NCBI GenBank assembly: GCA_045601325.1
Contig: JAZRZI010000023.1
Location: 1 to 54,725, forward strand
DNA: 54,725 nucleotides
From: Bacilli bacterium
GTDB lineage: Bacteria > Bacillota_I > Bacilli_A > RFN20 > CAG-826
Direction: 5' to 3'
Made by a program: the position numbers and the translations under genes. Shown piece after piece: positions 9,812 to 18,845 of this stretch. The notes beneath the pieces are model-generated. The model saw nothing but the letters and a program-made list of their open reading frames with translations, was not told the DNA's origin and did not search any database. Each line of letters starts with the position of its first letter. The first letter of the stretch is position 1.

Positions 9812-10708
9812 TTATATAGTTTTCTTTGAATCATGAAATACTGCAAAATCAATAATAGAGTGTATTAGATAAGTCACTAAAGTTCCAAAGCATACATCAC
9901 TTAGGAAGTGATTGCCCATATGCATACGATTATAACCATAAAGAATAACGAATAGCACACTTAATGCGTATCCAATAACAGTGATGTAGTATTTTCTACA
10001 TTTTAATGAGTTAAGCACTAATGGGAGAGACATCATCATACATGCGATAGTCATATTGCCGCTAGGCCAACTCTTAAAGTTATCATCGCTTCCCGCTAAA
10101 TATGGTCTCCATTCCCACCAATTTCTAAAGTTCTCTTTAGGATTTTCTAATGTGATCAAATATTTATAACGTGGTCTTGATGCAACTTGTTTTAACCACA
10201 AGTTAGTGCAATCACTGATAACTCCCGCTAATAAAATAACTACTCCTACTCTTATAAGAACGCCACCATCAGTGTCATCTAATATGAAATAGAACACTAA
10301 TGGAACCCATGAATATAAAACTACCCAGAATAGATATCCTAGTAATGACGCTAGTAAAGTTCCATCAGCGCCATAATGAAATAATTCACGTACTTTACTT
10401 CCGTTATAACTATCGGAATAATACACTGCTAAAAAATAGGAAAGAACTAATAATGTCCAAGCTAGGAACTTTTCATTTTTCTTTTTTAAACCCTTATATA
10501 AGCACATGCCTGCTATAGGATATAAACAATATGAAAAGTATGATCCATAAGTAGCGAAAAATGCTCCAAAAGTTGTTTTGTTATAGATATTGGAATTGAT
10601 TTCAAAATCAAACATGGAACCAATAAGTATTCCCACTAAACAAATGGATACCATAACAACGAAACCATATAGTCGCATCCCTAAAATCATTCTTTTCTTC
10701 ATAAGCAT
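9812..10708 (-). CDS. PAP2-family membrane phosphatase
   Basis: K....RPR, SWPSGN and R.HMGNHFLSDV motifs. Confidence 0.8.
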   Translation of the reverse strand: MLMKKRMILGMRLYGFVVMVSICLVGILIGSMFDFEINSNIYNKTTFGAFFATYGSYFSYCLYPIAGMCLYKGLKKKNEKFLAWTLLVLSYFLAVYYSDSYNGSKVRELFHYGADGTLLASLLGYLFWVVLYSWVPLVFYFILDDTDGGVLIRVGVVILLAGVISDCTNLWLKQVASRPRYKYLITLENPKENFRNWWEWRPYLAGSDDNFKSWPSGNMTIACMMMSLPLVLNSLKCRKYYITVIGYALSVLFVILYGYNRMHMGNHFLSDVCFGTLVTYLIHSIIDFAVFHDSKKTI

Positions 10709-10782
10709 AACCTCAAAAACAATATCTATTTTAGTTCGATTTCCTTAAACTTCCGAATGTGTTATAAACACAATGTTGGATG

Positions 10783-11778
10783 TTATATTTTTTTATATCT
10801 TTGAATCTTACTTGTAGGCTTATCAGGGAATTCTAATACAACTAATCCTAATTTAATTGCAGGATCTAAATAATTCTTTCTAAAGTTTGCTCTATCAGAT
10901 AGTTTCAACAAACCTTGAATCTCTTTACTTGTAAACCATTTATTTCGGACAAGAACTCTTAACAATTTATTCGAATAAACGTTTGTGTTATTAATTGTTA
11001 ATGATGCTTGAGAGATTAGATCTTTGATCGAAAAATCAATCATCTTAAGCATAAATGTAATAAAAACAGTAGAATCACCATTTTTATTTGATTGAGCAAT
11101 AGCGTCATAGTATTCAGATTGATATTTTTTAATCAAGGATTCGATTGGAATAAATTCAAATATTGGTTTCCATTTACTCAAAATTAAATTTTGCCATAAT
11201 CTTGCCATTCTTCCATTTCCATCCCCAAATGGGTGAATAAAAACAAATTCATAATGAAAAACAGAAGACAAAATTAAAGTATTAACACTGTTAAAGTTTT
11301 CTTTAGCCCAAAGAAATAAATTAGTCATTAGTTCTGGAACCATTTTTCCTGGAGGTGCAATAAAAATTACATTTCCATTTCCATCAACTACGCCTTCACC
11401 ACCAATTCTATATTTTCCTGGATTCTTGACAACACCTTTCGTCATCACTAAATGAACAGATTTTAAATCAGTTTCAGAAAATGGATTTTTTTCAAATGCA
11501 ATATCATACGCGTTAATAGCGTTTTTGATTTCTAAAATATCTTTCTGCGGCCCAATTACATTATGACCATTAATTACATCTTCTACTTGTTCTAGAGATA
11601 ATGAATTAGCTTCAATAGAACAACTTGATTGAATAGACTTAATCCTATTTTGTTTTCTCAACATTGGAAACTTAGAAAGATTGTTAAAAGTTGAAATACT
11701 GCCAATCTTTTCCATAATAGAAGAGATGTATTCTAATATTTCATTTGTTAAAACAAATGGTGGTACATATTTTTCCAT
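10783..11778 (-). CDS. Fic-family protein with C-terminal winged HTH
   Basis: HPFGDGNGRMAR catalytic motif, SCSIEAN inhibitory-helix motif, C-terminal FRKNYLDPA...PDKPTSK.QRY. Confidence 0.92.
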   Translation of the reverse strand: MEKYVPPFVLTNEILEYISSIMEKIGSISTFNNLSKFPMLRKQNRIKSIQSSCSIEANSLSLEQVEDVINGHNVIGPQKDILEIKNAINAYDIAFEKNPFSETDLKSVHLVMTKGVVKNPGKYRIGGEGVVDGNGNVIFIAPPGKMVPELMTNLFLWAKENFNSVNTLILSSVFHYEFVFIHPFGDGNGRMARLWQNLILSKWKPIFEFIPIESLIKKYQSEYYDAIAQSNKNGDSTVFITFMLKMIDFSIKDLISQASLTINNTNVYSNKLLRVLVRNKWFTSKEIQGLLKLSDRANFRKNYLDPAIKLGLVVLEFPDKPTSKIQRYKKI

Positions 11779-11784
11779 AACAAT

Positions 11785-11812
11785 ATTATACCATTTAATC
11801 TTAATATTGCAA
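11785..11812 (-). promoter_or_regulatory. sigma70-type promoter of fic, leaderless geometry
   Basis: TTGCAA-16-TATAAT with an extended TG; ATG 6 nt after the -10; no SD. Confidence 0.65.
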
Positions 11813-11815
11813 CAT

Positions 11816-11850
11816 TATCTTGTAGGGTATCTTGTAGGGTATCTTGTAGG
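11816..11850. repeat. 12-bp tandem repeat (TATCTTGTAGGG x ~3)
   Basis: Units start at 11816, 11828 and 11840, directly upstream of the fic -35. Confidence 0.9.
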
Positions 11851-11896
11851 AAAATAAAAAAAATAGTTAATATTTTTATTAACTACTAATTCGATA

Positions 11897-12007
11897 AATG
11901 TGTTGTTGTAATGAAGTTAATAGTCGCTGTGTAATGAAGTTAATATTTTCTTTATTAATTATTATTAATACTTTTGTAACTTTACAATTTTATCCACCCT
12001 TGGGACG
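11897..12007. repeat. Island non-coding element, copy 1 (short form, two GTAATGAAG units)
   Basis: AATGTGTTG...GTAATGAAG...TTTATTAAT...TTATCCACCCTTG; homologous to 13417-13562 and 18887-19034. Confidence 0.9.
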
Positions 12008-12110
12008 TTTCAAATTTTAAATAAAAGCGGGGGTTCTTCCCGCACTTGGATGGATGGCCAGAGAATAAGTCTCTGTTCTCAACATAATATTAAAAATTAA
12101 TCGTTTGATT

Positions 12111-12317
12111 TCATTTTTTTCTTGTTTGAAAATCTTTATAAGTTAAGCAGTAATCTTCAATAAGTTTTACTAATTTTTCATAAGAAATGTCATTAATGCC
12201 TTTTTCAATTTTATTAATTGTAGATTTTGAGGTATATCCAAGTTTTTTAGCAAATTCTTCTTGACTTAATCCTTCTCTTTTTCTTAATTCTAAAATTAAT
12301 TCTCCTGCTGATTTCAT
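12111..12317 (-). CDS. XRE-family HTH protein
   Basis: LRKREGLSQEEFAKKLGYTSKSTINKIEKG; ATG 12317 follows the rhuM stop. Confidence 0.8.
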   Translation of the reverse strand: MKSAGELILELRKREGLSQEEFAKKLGYTSKSTINKIEKGINDISYEKLVKLIEDYCLTYKDFQTRKK

Positions 12318-12318
12318 A

Positions 12319-13314
12319 TTATTTATTTCTCTTTTCAATTAAGAATAATGAATTCATATTTTCAAGGTATTTTTTCTCTACTTCAGTCGGATTATCAGTA
12401 AAACGTTTTCTAAACTTCTCATATTCTTCTTTTGCGTGTTCAATAGCTTTTTCGTGACTAATTAACCCTTTGTTATTTAGAACGTCTTTTCTAGTCATTC
12501 TTAAGAAATAATCAAGTTCATTTGACCAATCCGCCATAGTCATTACTTTTTCTTCTTTTGCCTGTAATTCTGCAAAATCAAGATACAAAGATACCAATCG
12601 ATTGAGTGTATCTAATTCGTCTTGATTTAAATAATTTTTTGCAATTAAGGCATCATTGAGAATTGGGTAATTCCCTGAAAAAGAAGTTAAACCCATAAAA
12701 TCTTTTTCAGCTTTAGCTCTATCTGCAATAATCTCCGCAACAGTTTTACCAGAAACCGCCCAGTGCATTTTATTTTGAATTGTTTTAAAAACTGTAATAG
12801 CAACTTCTGATTTAGAATCATAGTCAACACTAGTAGCAAAAATATCAAGAACTTGTCTCCAAAAAACTTTTTCACTGCTTCTAATATCGCGAATTCTTGA
12901 TAAAAGTTCCTTAAAGTATCGACCTCCACCAGCTTCTTTTAGTAGATTGTCATTTATAACAAATCCTTTATTAAGATATTCGTTTAATGTTTCTGTTGCC
13001 CATTGTCTAAATGCGGTTCCAATATTACTTCTAACACGATATCCAATTGCTAAAATCATATTTAAATTATAATGTTTAACATTATAACCTTTGTTATCTC
13101 TAGCAGTTATTCGGAAATTCCGAACAACTGAGTTTTCATCCAATTCGCGCTCTTCTAAAATATGTTTTATGTGTTCAGAAATATTACTTTTACTAGATTG
13201 ATAAAGTTCAACAATTTGATCCTGAGATAGCCAAATATCTCCATTATTTATTTTTACTTCTATTTCCGTTTTATCGTTAACTTTGTAAATAATTATTGGA
13301 TTTTGCACATTCAT
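12319..13314 (-). CDS. Virulence RhuM-family protein
   Basis: IWLSQ..I.ELY, YNL..I.AIGYRV.S, FRQWAT..L.EY..KGF and RIRDIRSSEKVF motifs. Confidence 0.92.
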   Translation of the reverse strand: MNVQNPIIIYKVNDKTEIEVKINNGDIWLSQDQIVELYQSSKSNISEHIKHILEERELDENSVVRNFRITARDNKGYNVKHYNLNMILAIGYRVRSNIGTAFRQWATETLNEYLNKGFVINDNLLKEAGGGRYFKELLSRIRDIRSSEKVFWRQVLDIFATSVDYDSKSEVAITVFKTIQNKMHWAVSGKTVAEIIADRAKAEKDFMGLTSFSGNYPILNDALIAKNYLNQDELDTLNRLVSLYLDFAELQAKEEKVMTMADWSNELDYFLRMTRKDVLNNKGLISHEKAIEHAKEEYEKFRKRFTDNPTEVEKKYLENMNSLFLIEKRNK

Positions 13315-13379
13315 TTTTGCTCCTCCTAATATATTTTTATTATATCACAAAGTTGATTATTAATCTACTTAATTAGTAA

Positions 13380-13406
13380 TTAAAAAACGGCTGAAGTATC
13401 AACCGT
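13380..13406 (-). terminator. Intrinsic terminator after element copy 2
   Basis: ACGGTTGA-TACT-TCAGCCGT plus T-run. Confidence 0.75.
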
Positions 13407-13416
13407 GTTTTACTTT

Positions 13417-13562
13417 AATGTGTTGCTGTAATGAAGTTAATAATTTTTGAAGGTGTGCGTAATGAAGATGATAGTCGTTGTGTAATGAAGTTACTATTTT
13501 TTTATTAATTATATTAATACTTTTACAACGTTGCTTTTTTTATCCACCCTTGTAACGACTCT
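13417..13562. repeat. Island non-coding element, copy 2 (three GTAATGAAG units)
   Basis: Units at 13428, 13459 and 13482; AT-rich palindrome; TTATCCACCCTTG. Confidence 0.9.
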
Positions 13563-13575
13563 AAATGGAACACAA

Positions 13576-14094
13576 TTATTCTTTCATTTGATTAATTTGA
13601 TTTGCTGCAGCAGCAATAATTTGCTTTTTAAAACTATCTGGGTCTGGATAGTCTTCTTTATGATCTTCAAAATCTTTAAGTTTTGCAACCATTTTATCGA
13701 GTATATCGACATATTTATAGAATCCAATTCGATAATAATATTCTGCTCCCATTGCAACAAATTCATTTTCTTGTTGCCTTGGCAAAACAGTAATAACTTG
13801 TTCATCTGATAAAGCAGAAACGCAGTTCACAATTAACTCACCTTTATTCTTTGAATTATTGATTGGTCTTGATTCTTGTGAACCACCATAAATTTCGTCC
13901 ATTGTTTTTCCAGTAGCGACTGCAATTTTGTATAAAGAGTGCAAACCAATATTCCTATTTCCATTCTCATAAGCTGAAATTTGAGTAATTGAAATACCAG
14001 TTAAATCATGTAATTTGTATTGCGTTAATTTTGCTTCTTCGCGAGCTTTTTTAATTCTTTTTCCTAATTCAAATGAATTATCGATGTTTTTCAT
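13576..14094 (-). CDS. XRE-family transcriptional regulator
   Basis: LGKRIKKAREEAKLTQ..L..LTGIS...ISAYENG; RBS AAGGAGG. Confidence 0.88.
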   Translation of the reverse strand: MKNIDNSFELGKRIKKAREEAKLTQYKLHDLTGISITQISAYENGNRNIGLHSLYKIAVATGKTMDEIYGGSQESRPINNSKNKGELIVNCVSALSDEQVITVLPRQQENEFVAMGAEYYYRIGFYKYVDILDKMVAKLKDFEDHKEDYPDPDSFKKQIIAAAANQINQMKE

Positions 14095-14117
14095 AAGGTT
14101 AACCTCCTTAAATATGT

Positions 14118-14170
14118 ACTAATTGTATAACTCTTAACTAATTGTAGAACATAATTAACTAAATAGTCAA
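14118..14170 (-). promoter_or_regulatory. xre promoter overlapped by putative operator repeats
   Basis: TTGACT-18-TACAAT; ACTAATTGTA at 14118 and 14137, ACTAAATAGT at 14158. Confidence 0.55.
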
Positions 14171-14299
14171 AATACATTTACCTCTTCGCAAAATATAGCT
14201 GGGGAATTTTTCTTATCTTTTTCGACATCTAGTTCCGGTTTTTTGATTTTTTAAAATGTAATTGCATACAAAAAAGTATGCAGAAAGGAGGTAAATCCC

Positions 14300-14740
14300 A
14301 TGGAAAGCAATTATAAACCAGGAGGAGGAAACAAACCTCAACCTTATGTACCTGCTGGCAACGGAGAAAAAAGTGGCGAATACACTGACAAGTCTACATG
14401 TGAAAAGAAAAATAGAGTTTTACATTGTTTTATAAGAAATGTTCCTCGAAAATGTAATTTCAGAAATTCAAAGCTTGTTCAAACAGTAACGGACTATAGT
14501 TGACGGGCAGAACATGTCAACATCCCATCAAAACATAAAGCAAATTCAGTGATTAAGAAAATTGTTAATGGTTATGTTGTGGCAGAAAGGTATTATAATA
14601 ATAAAGGTGAAGCGTACTTAGACATCGACTATACATGTCACGGTAGACCAAACGTTCATCCTGAAGTTCCACACATTCATAAATGGACCAAGGATGAAAA
14701 TGGTAATTTGCACAGAGGTAAATGGGAGAATTTTCAATGA
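14300..14740 (+). pseudogene. Polymorphic toxin (Ntox24-like predicted RNase) interrupted by an in-frame TGA at 14501
   Basis: ORFs 14300..14503 and 14549..14740 share one frame with a single stop; RBS AAAGGAGGT; IPSKHKANSV...RYY...G...DIDY..HG.P..HP.VPHIHKW motif. Confidence 0.7.
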
Positions 14741-14982
14741 GAAGAGAATGTATTGAAGAACTAATAAATGGCAATCGTGAAATCATTTTCCGCTACCACA
14801 ACCAAAGATATTCAATTGGCTATTATAATGATAATAGAGAAAAATATATCTCTGTAGGCGAATATAACGGTGATTTCATAGATGTTAAAAATGCTGATGA
14901 AGTGTTTAATCTTAAAATTGGAAATCGAACGTTAGAAGACATATTTAGTTCCTTGCCAGATTCTGCATTTGACATTTATTAA
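14737..14982 (+). CDS. Putative cognate immunity protein
   Basis: ATGA overlap with the toxin stop; 81 aa with an EI.F.Y....YSI...DE....KIG.RTL.DI pattern. Confidence 0.65.
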   Translation: MRRECIEELINGNREIIFRYHNQRYSIGYYNDNREKYISVGEYNGDFIDVKNADEVFNLKIGNRTLEDIFSSLPDSAFDIY

Positions 14983-14989
14983 GATTTAG

Positions 14990-15013
14990 AGCCATTCTTG
15001 AGAATGGCTTTTT
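14990..15013 (+). terminator. Intrinsic terminator
   Basis: AGCCATTCT-TG-AGAATGGCT plus T-run. Confidence 0.75.
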
Positions 15014-15189
15014 ATTTTCAAAAACACCTAGTATATTAAGAAATTAAAATTTTTATATATAAAAAAGGGGGTTTGGTTCGAATCCCCTTGATATCTCGAA
15101 TGTCTTTCTCAAACGCGTTTGATACTAACTTTTATTTACTCAAACGATATTTGATACCAGTTAGATGGATTTTTCTAATTAAAAAACAT

Positions 15190-15642
15190 TTATTTATGGA
15201 TATAAATTCTACTAATGTCTCCACTATCACATTTAGTCATGGCCAAAAATGTAAAACCATATCGTTCATAAAATCCAACATGATCAGTAATCAAATACAC
15301 AGGAGAAATCCCATTCATTTTTAGATCGTCTACCGCATGATTAAGAAGCTTTCCTGCTATTCCGTTTTTGCGATATTCTTCTTCAACATAGACCGCGCAA
15401 ATATTTGGGGTCAAATCTTTTCTTTTGTGGAAGTCATTTTCTATAACGCTTAAACCTCCCACTATCTTATTATTATCTAAGCAAAGATACCAACCTAAAT
15501 TAGTCTTATTTCTAATATTATCATTCATGCATTCTAAGTAAGCTTCTTCACGAATGCCCCACTTTGAAGAAAACCAAGTAGCGGCTTCTTCTACTATTTC
15601 TAGTTTTTCTTTAATTGTGATGAATTTTAGATTATCAAACAT
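15190..15642 (-). CDS. GNAT-family N-acetyltransferase
   Basis: VYVEEEYRKNGIAGKLL and FYERYGF motifs. Confidence 0.9.
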   Translation of the reverse strand: MFDNLKFITIKEKLEIVEEAATWFSSKWGIREEAYLECMNDNIRNKTNLGWYLCLDNNKIVGGLSVIENDFHKRKDLTPNICAVYVEEEYRKNGIAGKLLNHAVDDLKMNGISPVYLITDHVGFYERYGFTFLAMTKCDSGDISRIYIHK

Positions 15643-15651
15643 GAACTTTCT

Positions 15652-16740
15652 TTATTTAATATGTATTGCCTTTCTTATATATTTTATTTTACTTATTAAA
15701 TAAGTAATTAGATACGATAAAACAACGACAAGAACATATATTAGCAAAAAATATAAAATTGGATGGATATTTAGTTTTTCAGGAGTTAACCACACTCTAG
15801 TAAAGATTTCCAAAATAAATACATGAATCATATAAACTCCGAATGATCCATTTGATAAAAATGAAAGAATTTTTGAATTGTGTGTCTTATCTTTACAAAG
15901 ATTGCTTATGAACAAGTACACTGCACCTCCATAAAGAATTACAGGTAACGCTAAGTCAGCAGACAAGTAATTTCTAATGGTAGGAATATCGTTATAGACT
16001 ATTTGAATTGTAACAATCTGGGTAATGAGAGCGAGTAGTCCAACAACGTATATAACGATTCTATATGGCTTTTTTATTTCAAAATTATCAAATAACCAAC
16101 CTAATAAAAAATACGCAACATAGCCACCTAAACCTTCAAGATGAAATTTACTAACAAACGTAGTAAAAAGAGTTGGATGATTCGCCGAATTCACCACAAA
16201 TACATTAAGAGTCTTCATTAAAAATGTATAAATCATTGCTGCCAAAACAATTCCAACGACATATTTAACATTATCTTTTTTAAGAAAGAGTCTAAAAATA
16301 GGTAGCATTAAATACAATCCAAACACCATAAACATATACCAGAGGTGAGGATAGTCGGATCCTTTGAACGTCAATATATACTCAACAAAATTCTCAAATT
16401 CAATAGCCTGATGAGTCATTGCGGGAAGAATTACTGAATAAAACAAAGCATAAAAAGCTAACCATCCAACGAGTAATAATCCTACCCATAATAAAGATTT
16501 CTTATAGAAAGTTTTTGCATCAAATGGTCTTTCTTCTTTTAAAAGTAAGGCGCCAGAAAGCATCACAAAAAGCGGAATGCATGCTCTACAAATTCCATTA
16601 GGAATATTACCCATTTGAAATTCTAATGTTGATGTATCTGGAAATTGAATTACCAAAAATGCAGATACATGGCACATCAAAACTAAAAAAATCGCAACGA
16701 TTCGAATAATGTCGTATTTTAAAATTCTATTTCTTTCCAT
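15652..16740 (-). CDS. Acyltransferase-3 family membrane O-acyltransferase (WecH-like)
   Basis: DIIRIVAIFLVLMCH, PLFVMLSGALLL, HLWYM and SFGVYMIH motifs. Confidence 0.9.
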   Translation of the reverse strand: MERNRILKYDIIRIVAIFLVLMCHVSAFLVIQFPDTSTLEFQMGNIPNGICRACIPLFVMLSGALLLKEERPFDAKTFYKKSLLWVGLLLVGWLAFYALFYSVILPAMTHQAIEFENFVEYILTFKGSDYPHLWYMFMVFGLYLMLPIFRLFLKKDNVKYVVGIVLAAMIYTFLMKTLNVFVVNSANHPTLFTTFVSKFHLEGLGGYVAYFLLGWLFDNFEIKKPYRIVIYVVGLLALITQIVTIQIVYNDIPTIRNYLSADLALPVILYGGAVYLFISNLCKDKTHNSKILSFLSNGSFGVYMIHVFILEIFTRVWLTPEKLNIHPILYFLLIYVLVVVLSYLITYLISKIKYIRKAIHIK

Positions 16741-16767
16741 ACTTTTTAAAGTATAAAACAGAAAATT

Positions 16768-16834
16768 AAAAAAGTCTCCCTTATTTAATCTACAAACTTT
16801 AGTTTATAGAGGCCAAATATAGGGGACAATTTCA
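16768..16834 (-). mobile_element. Orphan IS3-family-like (IS150 group) left end, copy A
   Basis: Minus strand TGAAATTGTCCCC...TTTGG plus an internal hairpin; direct repeat of 20587-20653. Confidence 0.55.
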
Positions 16835-17006
16835 GATTCGATGGAAGGAATTGTAAGAAATGATACAATTGCATATCCCCTTTTGAATATACCTAATTTT
16901 TCAATGAATATAGTAAAACCCGTCTTTTTTCTGGCTTTTCAATCATTTTTGCTCAAAAAATGCAAACGCAAAGGAAATAAGTGCAATTAATCGTTATAAA
17001 GTGCAA

Positions 17007-18083
17007 TTAATTTGCAACAATTTTTCTTCTCAAATAATTATATTCTGAGTAATTAATTTTTTTGTCATTTTGAAGACGCCCAACAACTATAGCTGGGCAA
17101 ACATCATTTTTAATCGCACATCTTTTGATAGATTGTTCATTAATTCCAGATGCAATCAAGTCTTCATAGGATGATTCTGAAATAAGACGATTCCTTGCAA
17201 AATCATTAGCATTATCTTCGTCAGAAAGATCAACAAATGCAGAATCGTTTCTCTTTGACAATAAATGGCCTAATTCATGAAATAACGTAAACCAAAAACC
17301 ATCTTCAAATTTACCTCTAATTGTGGTACATAAAGAAATCTTATTATTTACAGTTTTAATATAGCCTTTCACAGGTAATGAAGGTAAACTCTCAACAACT
17401 CTATAATTTATTCCACATTGGTACAAAATGTTAGTAACTTTATCAATCGATTCTTGAATATTATCCGTATTGGAACATTTTTTTATTTCATCTAAAGATG
17501 ATTTTAATTTATTTAAATCAAATTCATTTGGGTTACTAATAAAATCGGTTTGAATTTGGCATATTCGCAGCCAAGAATATAATTTGTAATGATCAATCGA
17601 TTTGCATGTTTTATCCATTCTAAAAGCAATCTTAGGCAAAACGCATGCTAATACTTCCTTAGTTTGCAATAAGTTTGAAAGTGAGGCGAATTTTCTTAAT
17701 GCCAAAATATTTTCGATTTCATTTCTCTTGTCTTCAAAATATCCTAGAGCAATTAAATTTTTAATAGGAAAACATTTATAAGCTTTCTTCTCCTCATCGG
17801 TTATATTTTCTCTAATACGAATTGACTCCATTTTTTCATCATAAATATTTTGACGATTAATCCAAAAACTCGCTTTTGGTTTTAAAACATTTTCTAGCTT
17901 CTTTGCAAACTGAACAGAAATCCCTTTTTTGCCATTAATAATCAAATTGATTTGTGTTTCGCTAGTTTGTGTTTTTAAAGCCAATTCTTTTTGAGAAATA
18001 TTATATTGCTCTAAAAGTTCAAGTAATGTATCTCCTGGATGAGAGATAAATTCAGTGGATAATCCAATTTGTGTTTCCGCCAT
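17007..18083 (-). CDS. higA: HigA-family antitoxin fused to an ImmA/IrrE-like metallopeptidase domain
   Basis: HPGDTL.E.L....SQKELA...FWINRQ N-terminus; FWFTLFHELGH; IVVGRLQ. Confidence 0.88.
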   Translation of the reverse strand: MAETQIGLSTEFISHPGDTLLELLEQYNISQKELALKTQTSETQINLIINGKKGISVQFAKKLENVLKPKASFWINRQNIYDEKMESIRIRENITDEEKKAYKCFPIKNLIALGYFEDKRNEIENILALRKFASLSNLLQTKEVLACVLPKIAFRMDKTCKSIDHYKLYSWLRICQIQTDFISNPNEFDLNKLKSSLDEIKKCSNTDNIQESIDKVTNILYQCGINYRVVESLPSLPVKGYIKTVNNKISLCTTIRGKFEDGFWFTLFHELGHLLSKRNDSAFVDLSDEDNANDFARNRLISESSYEDLIASGINEQSIKRCAIKNDVCPAIVVGRLQNDKKINYSEYNYLRRKIVAN

Positions 18084-18408
18084 GATAATCAATAACTCCT
18101 TCTATTTCAAAATTTGTAAACGTTGATAAATTCTTTATAGTATTTTCATCAAAATTTGCTTGTATCCTAAGTATCAATCTAACGTTTGCGGTTAAGTCCC
18201 ACCCAATGCACCCATCAAAATTTTCTTTAAGCATATGCGGATTGTCAATTCCACAATCTAATAACTCTTGTGCATTATTTAGTGATGCAAGCTCGTCTTT
18301 ACGTTGAGAAAGTTTTTTTGCTAATTTATTACCATAATCTTTATTTACAGCCCTAAGATTGTTCCAGTAATATTCAACATTTTTGTTTAAATATGAGATT
18401 GTACACAT
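18052..18408 (-). CDS. higB: HigB/RelE-like toxin
   Basis: K.YG...AKKL..R..EL, PH.LK....G...DL..N.RLI and IDYH motifs; lies upstream of higA. Confidence 0.8.
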   Translation of the reverse strand: MCTISYLNKNVEYYWNNLRAVNKDYGNKLAKKLSQRKDELASLNNAQELLDCGIDNPHMLKENFDGCIGWDLTANVRLILRIQANFDENTIKNLSTFTNFEIEGVIDYHGGNTNWIIH

Positions 18409-18414
18409 GACATT

Positions 18415-18442
18415 ATTATATAATAACCAATAACGAAGTCAA
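18415..18442 (-). promoter_or_regulatory. higBA promoter, leaderless geometry
   Basis: TTGACT-16-TATAAT with the ATG 6 nt downstream. Confidence 0.7.
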
Positions 18443-18517
18443 CAATTTTATTTAATTATTTGTTAAATTATTTTGTTTTACTATTGTCGTATTTCTTTAA
18501 CAAGTAGTTAACGTTTA

Positions 18518-18721
18518 TTATTTATTTTTCTTAAGCCAATTTTCACGACATTCAGGACAACAAAATAATGAATTTGATTCTGCTGGATAAAGAGATCCGC
18601 ATTCAACACATTTAACGCATGCATAATTCATAATGGTTCTAACGTAATTACACCACTCACCAAATCCGAATTTGTTCTTTCTAAAAATGCACTTTTTCAT
18701 CATGTAATTAATTGCTCTCAA
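18518..18721 (-). CDS. Small Cys-rich Zn-ribbon protein
   Basis: CVECG...FCCPEC motif; start uncertain, probably MMKK near 18703. Confidence 0.5.
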   Translation of the reverse strand: MRAINYMMKKCIFRKNKFGFGEWCNYVRTIMNYACVKCVECGSLYPAESNSLFCCPECRENWLKKNK

Positions 18722-18845
18722 ATTGTTTTTCTACAAGTCTTTTTTGAATACCCCCATTATTAGTATGCATACACCCCTTAAAAATTTGATTCAAATCGTT
18801 TTTTCACACCTTAACTTGATCGTTAAAATTATGTTAAAAAAGCAT

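Noticed and set aside
13417-13500. GTAATGAAG units as a mini-CRISPR or type III TA antitoxin array
   Set aside because: Cores are only 9-13 bp, spacing is irregular, spacers are the same between copies, and no cas or ToxN-like gene is adjacent.
14501-14503. Evidence for genetic code 4 (TGA=Trp) in the host
   Set aside because: Housekeeping ORFs are intact under code 11, TGA terminates pcrA and tsaE, and the toxin's other Trp codons are TGG.
15061-15090. GGTTCGAATCCCC as a tRNA fragment or att site
   Set aside because: No cloverleaf and no match to tRNA-Arg; better explained as a minus-strand terminator hairpin with a T-run.
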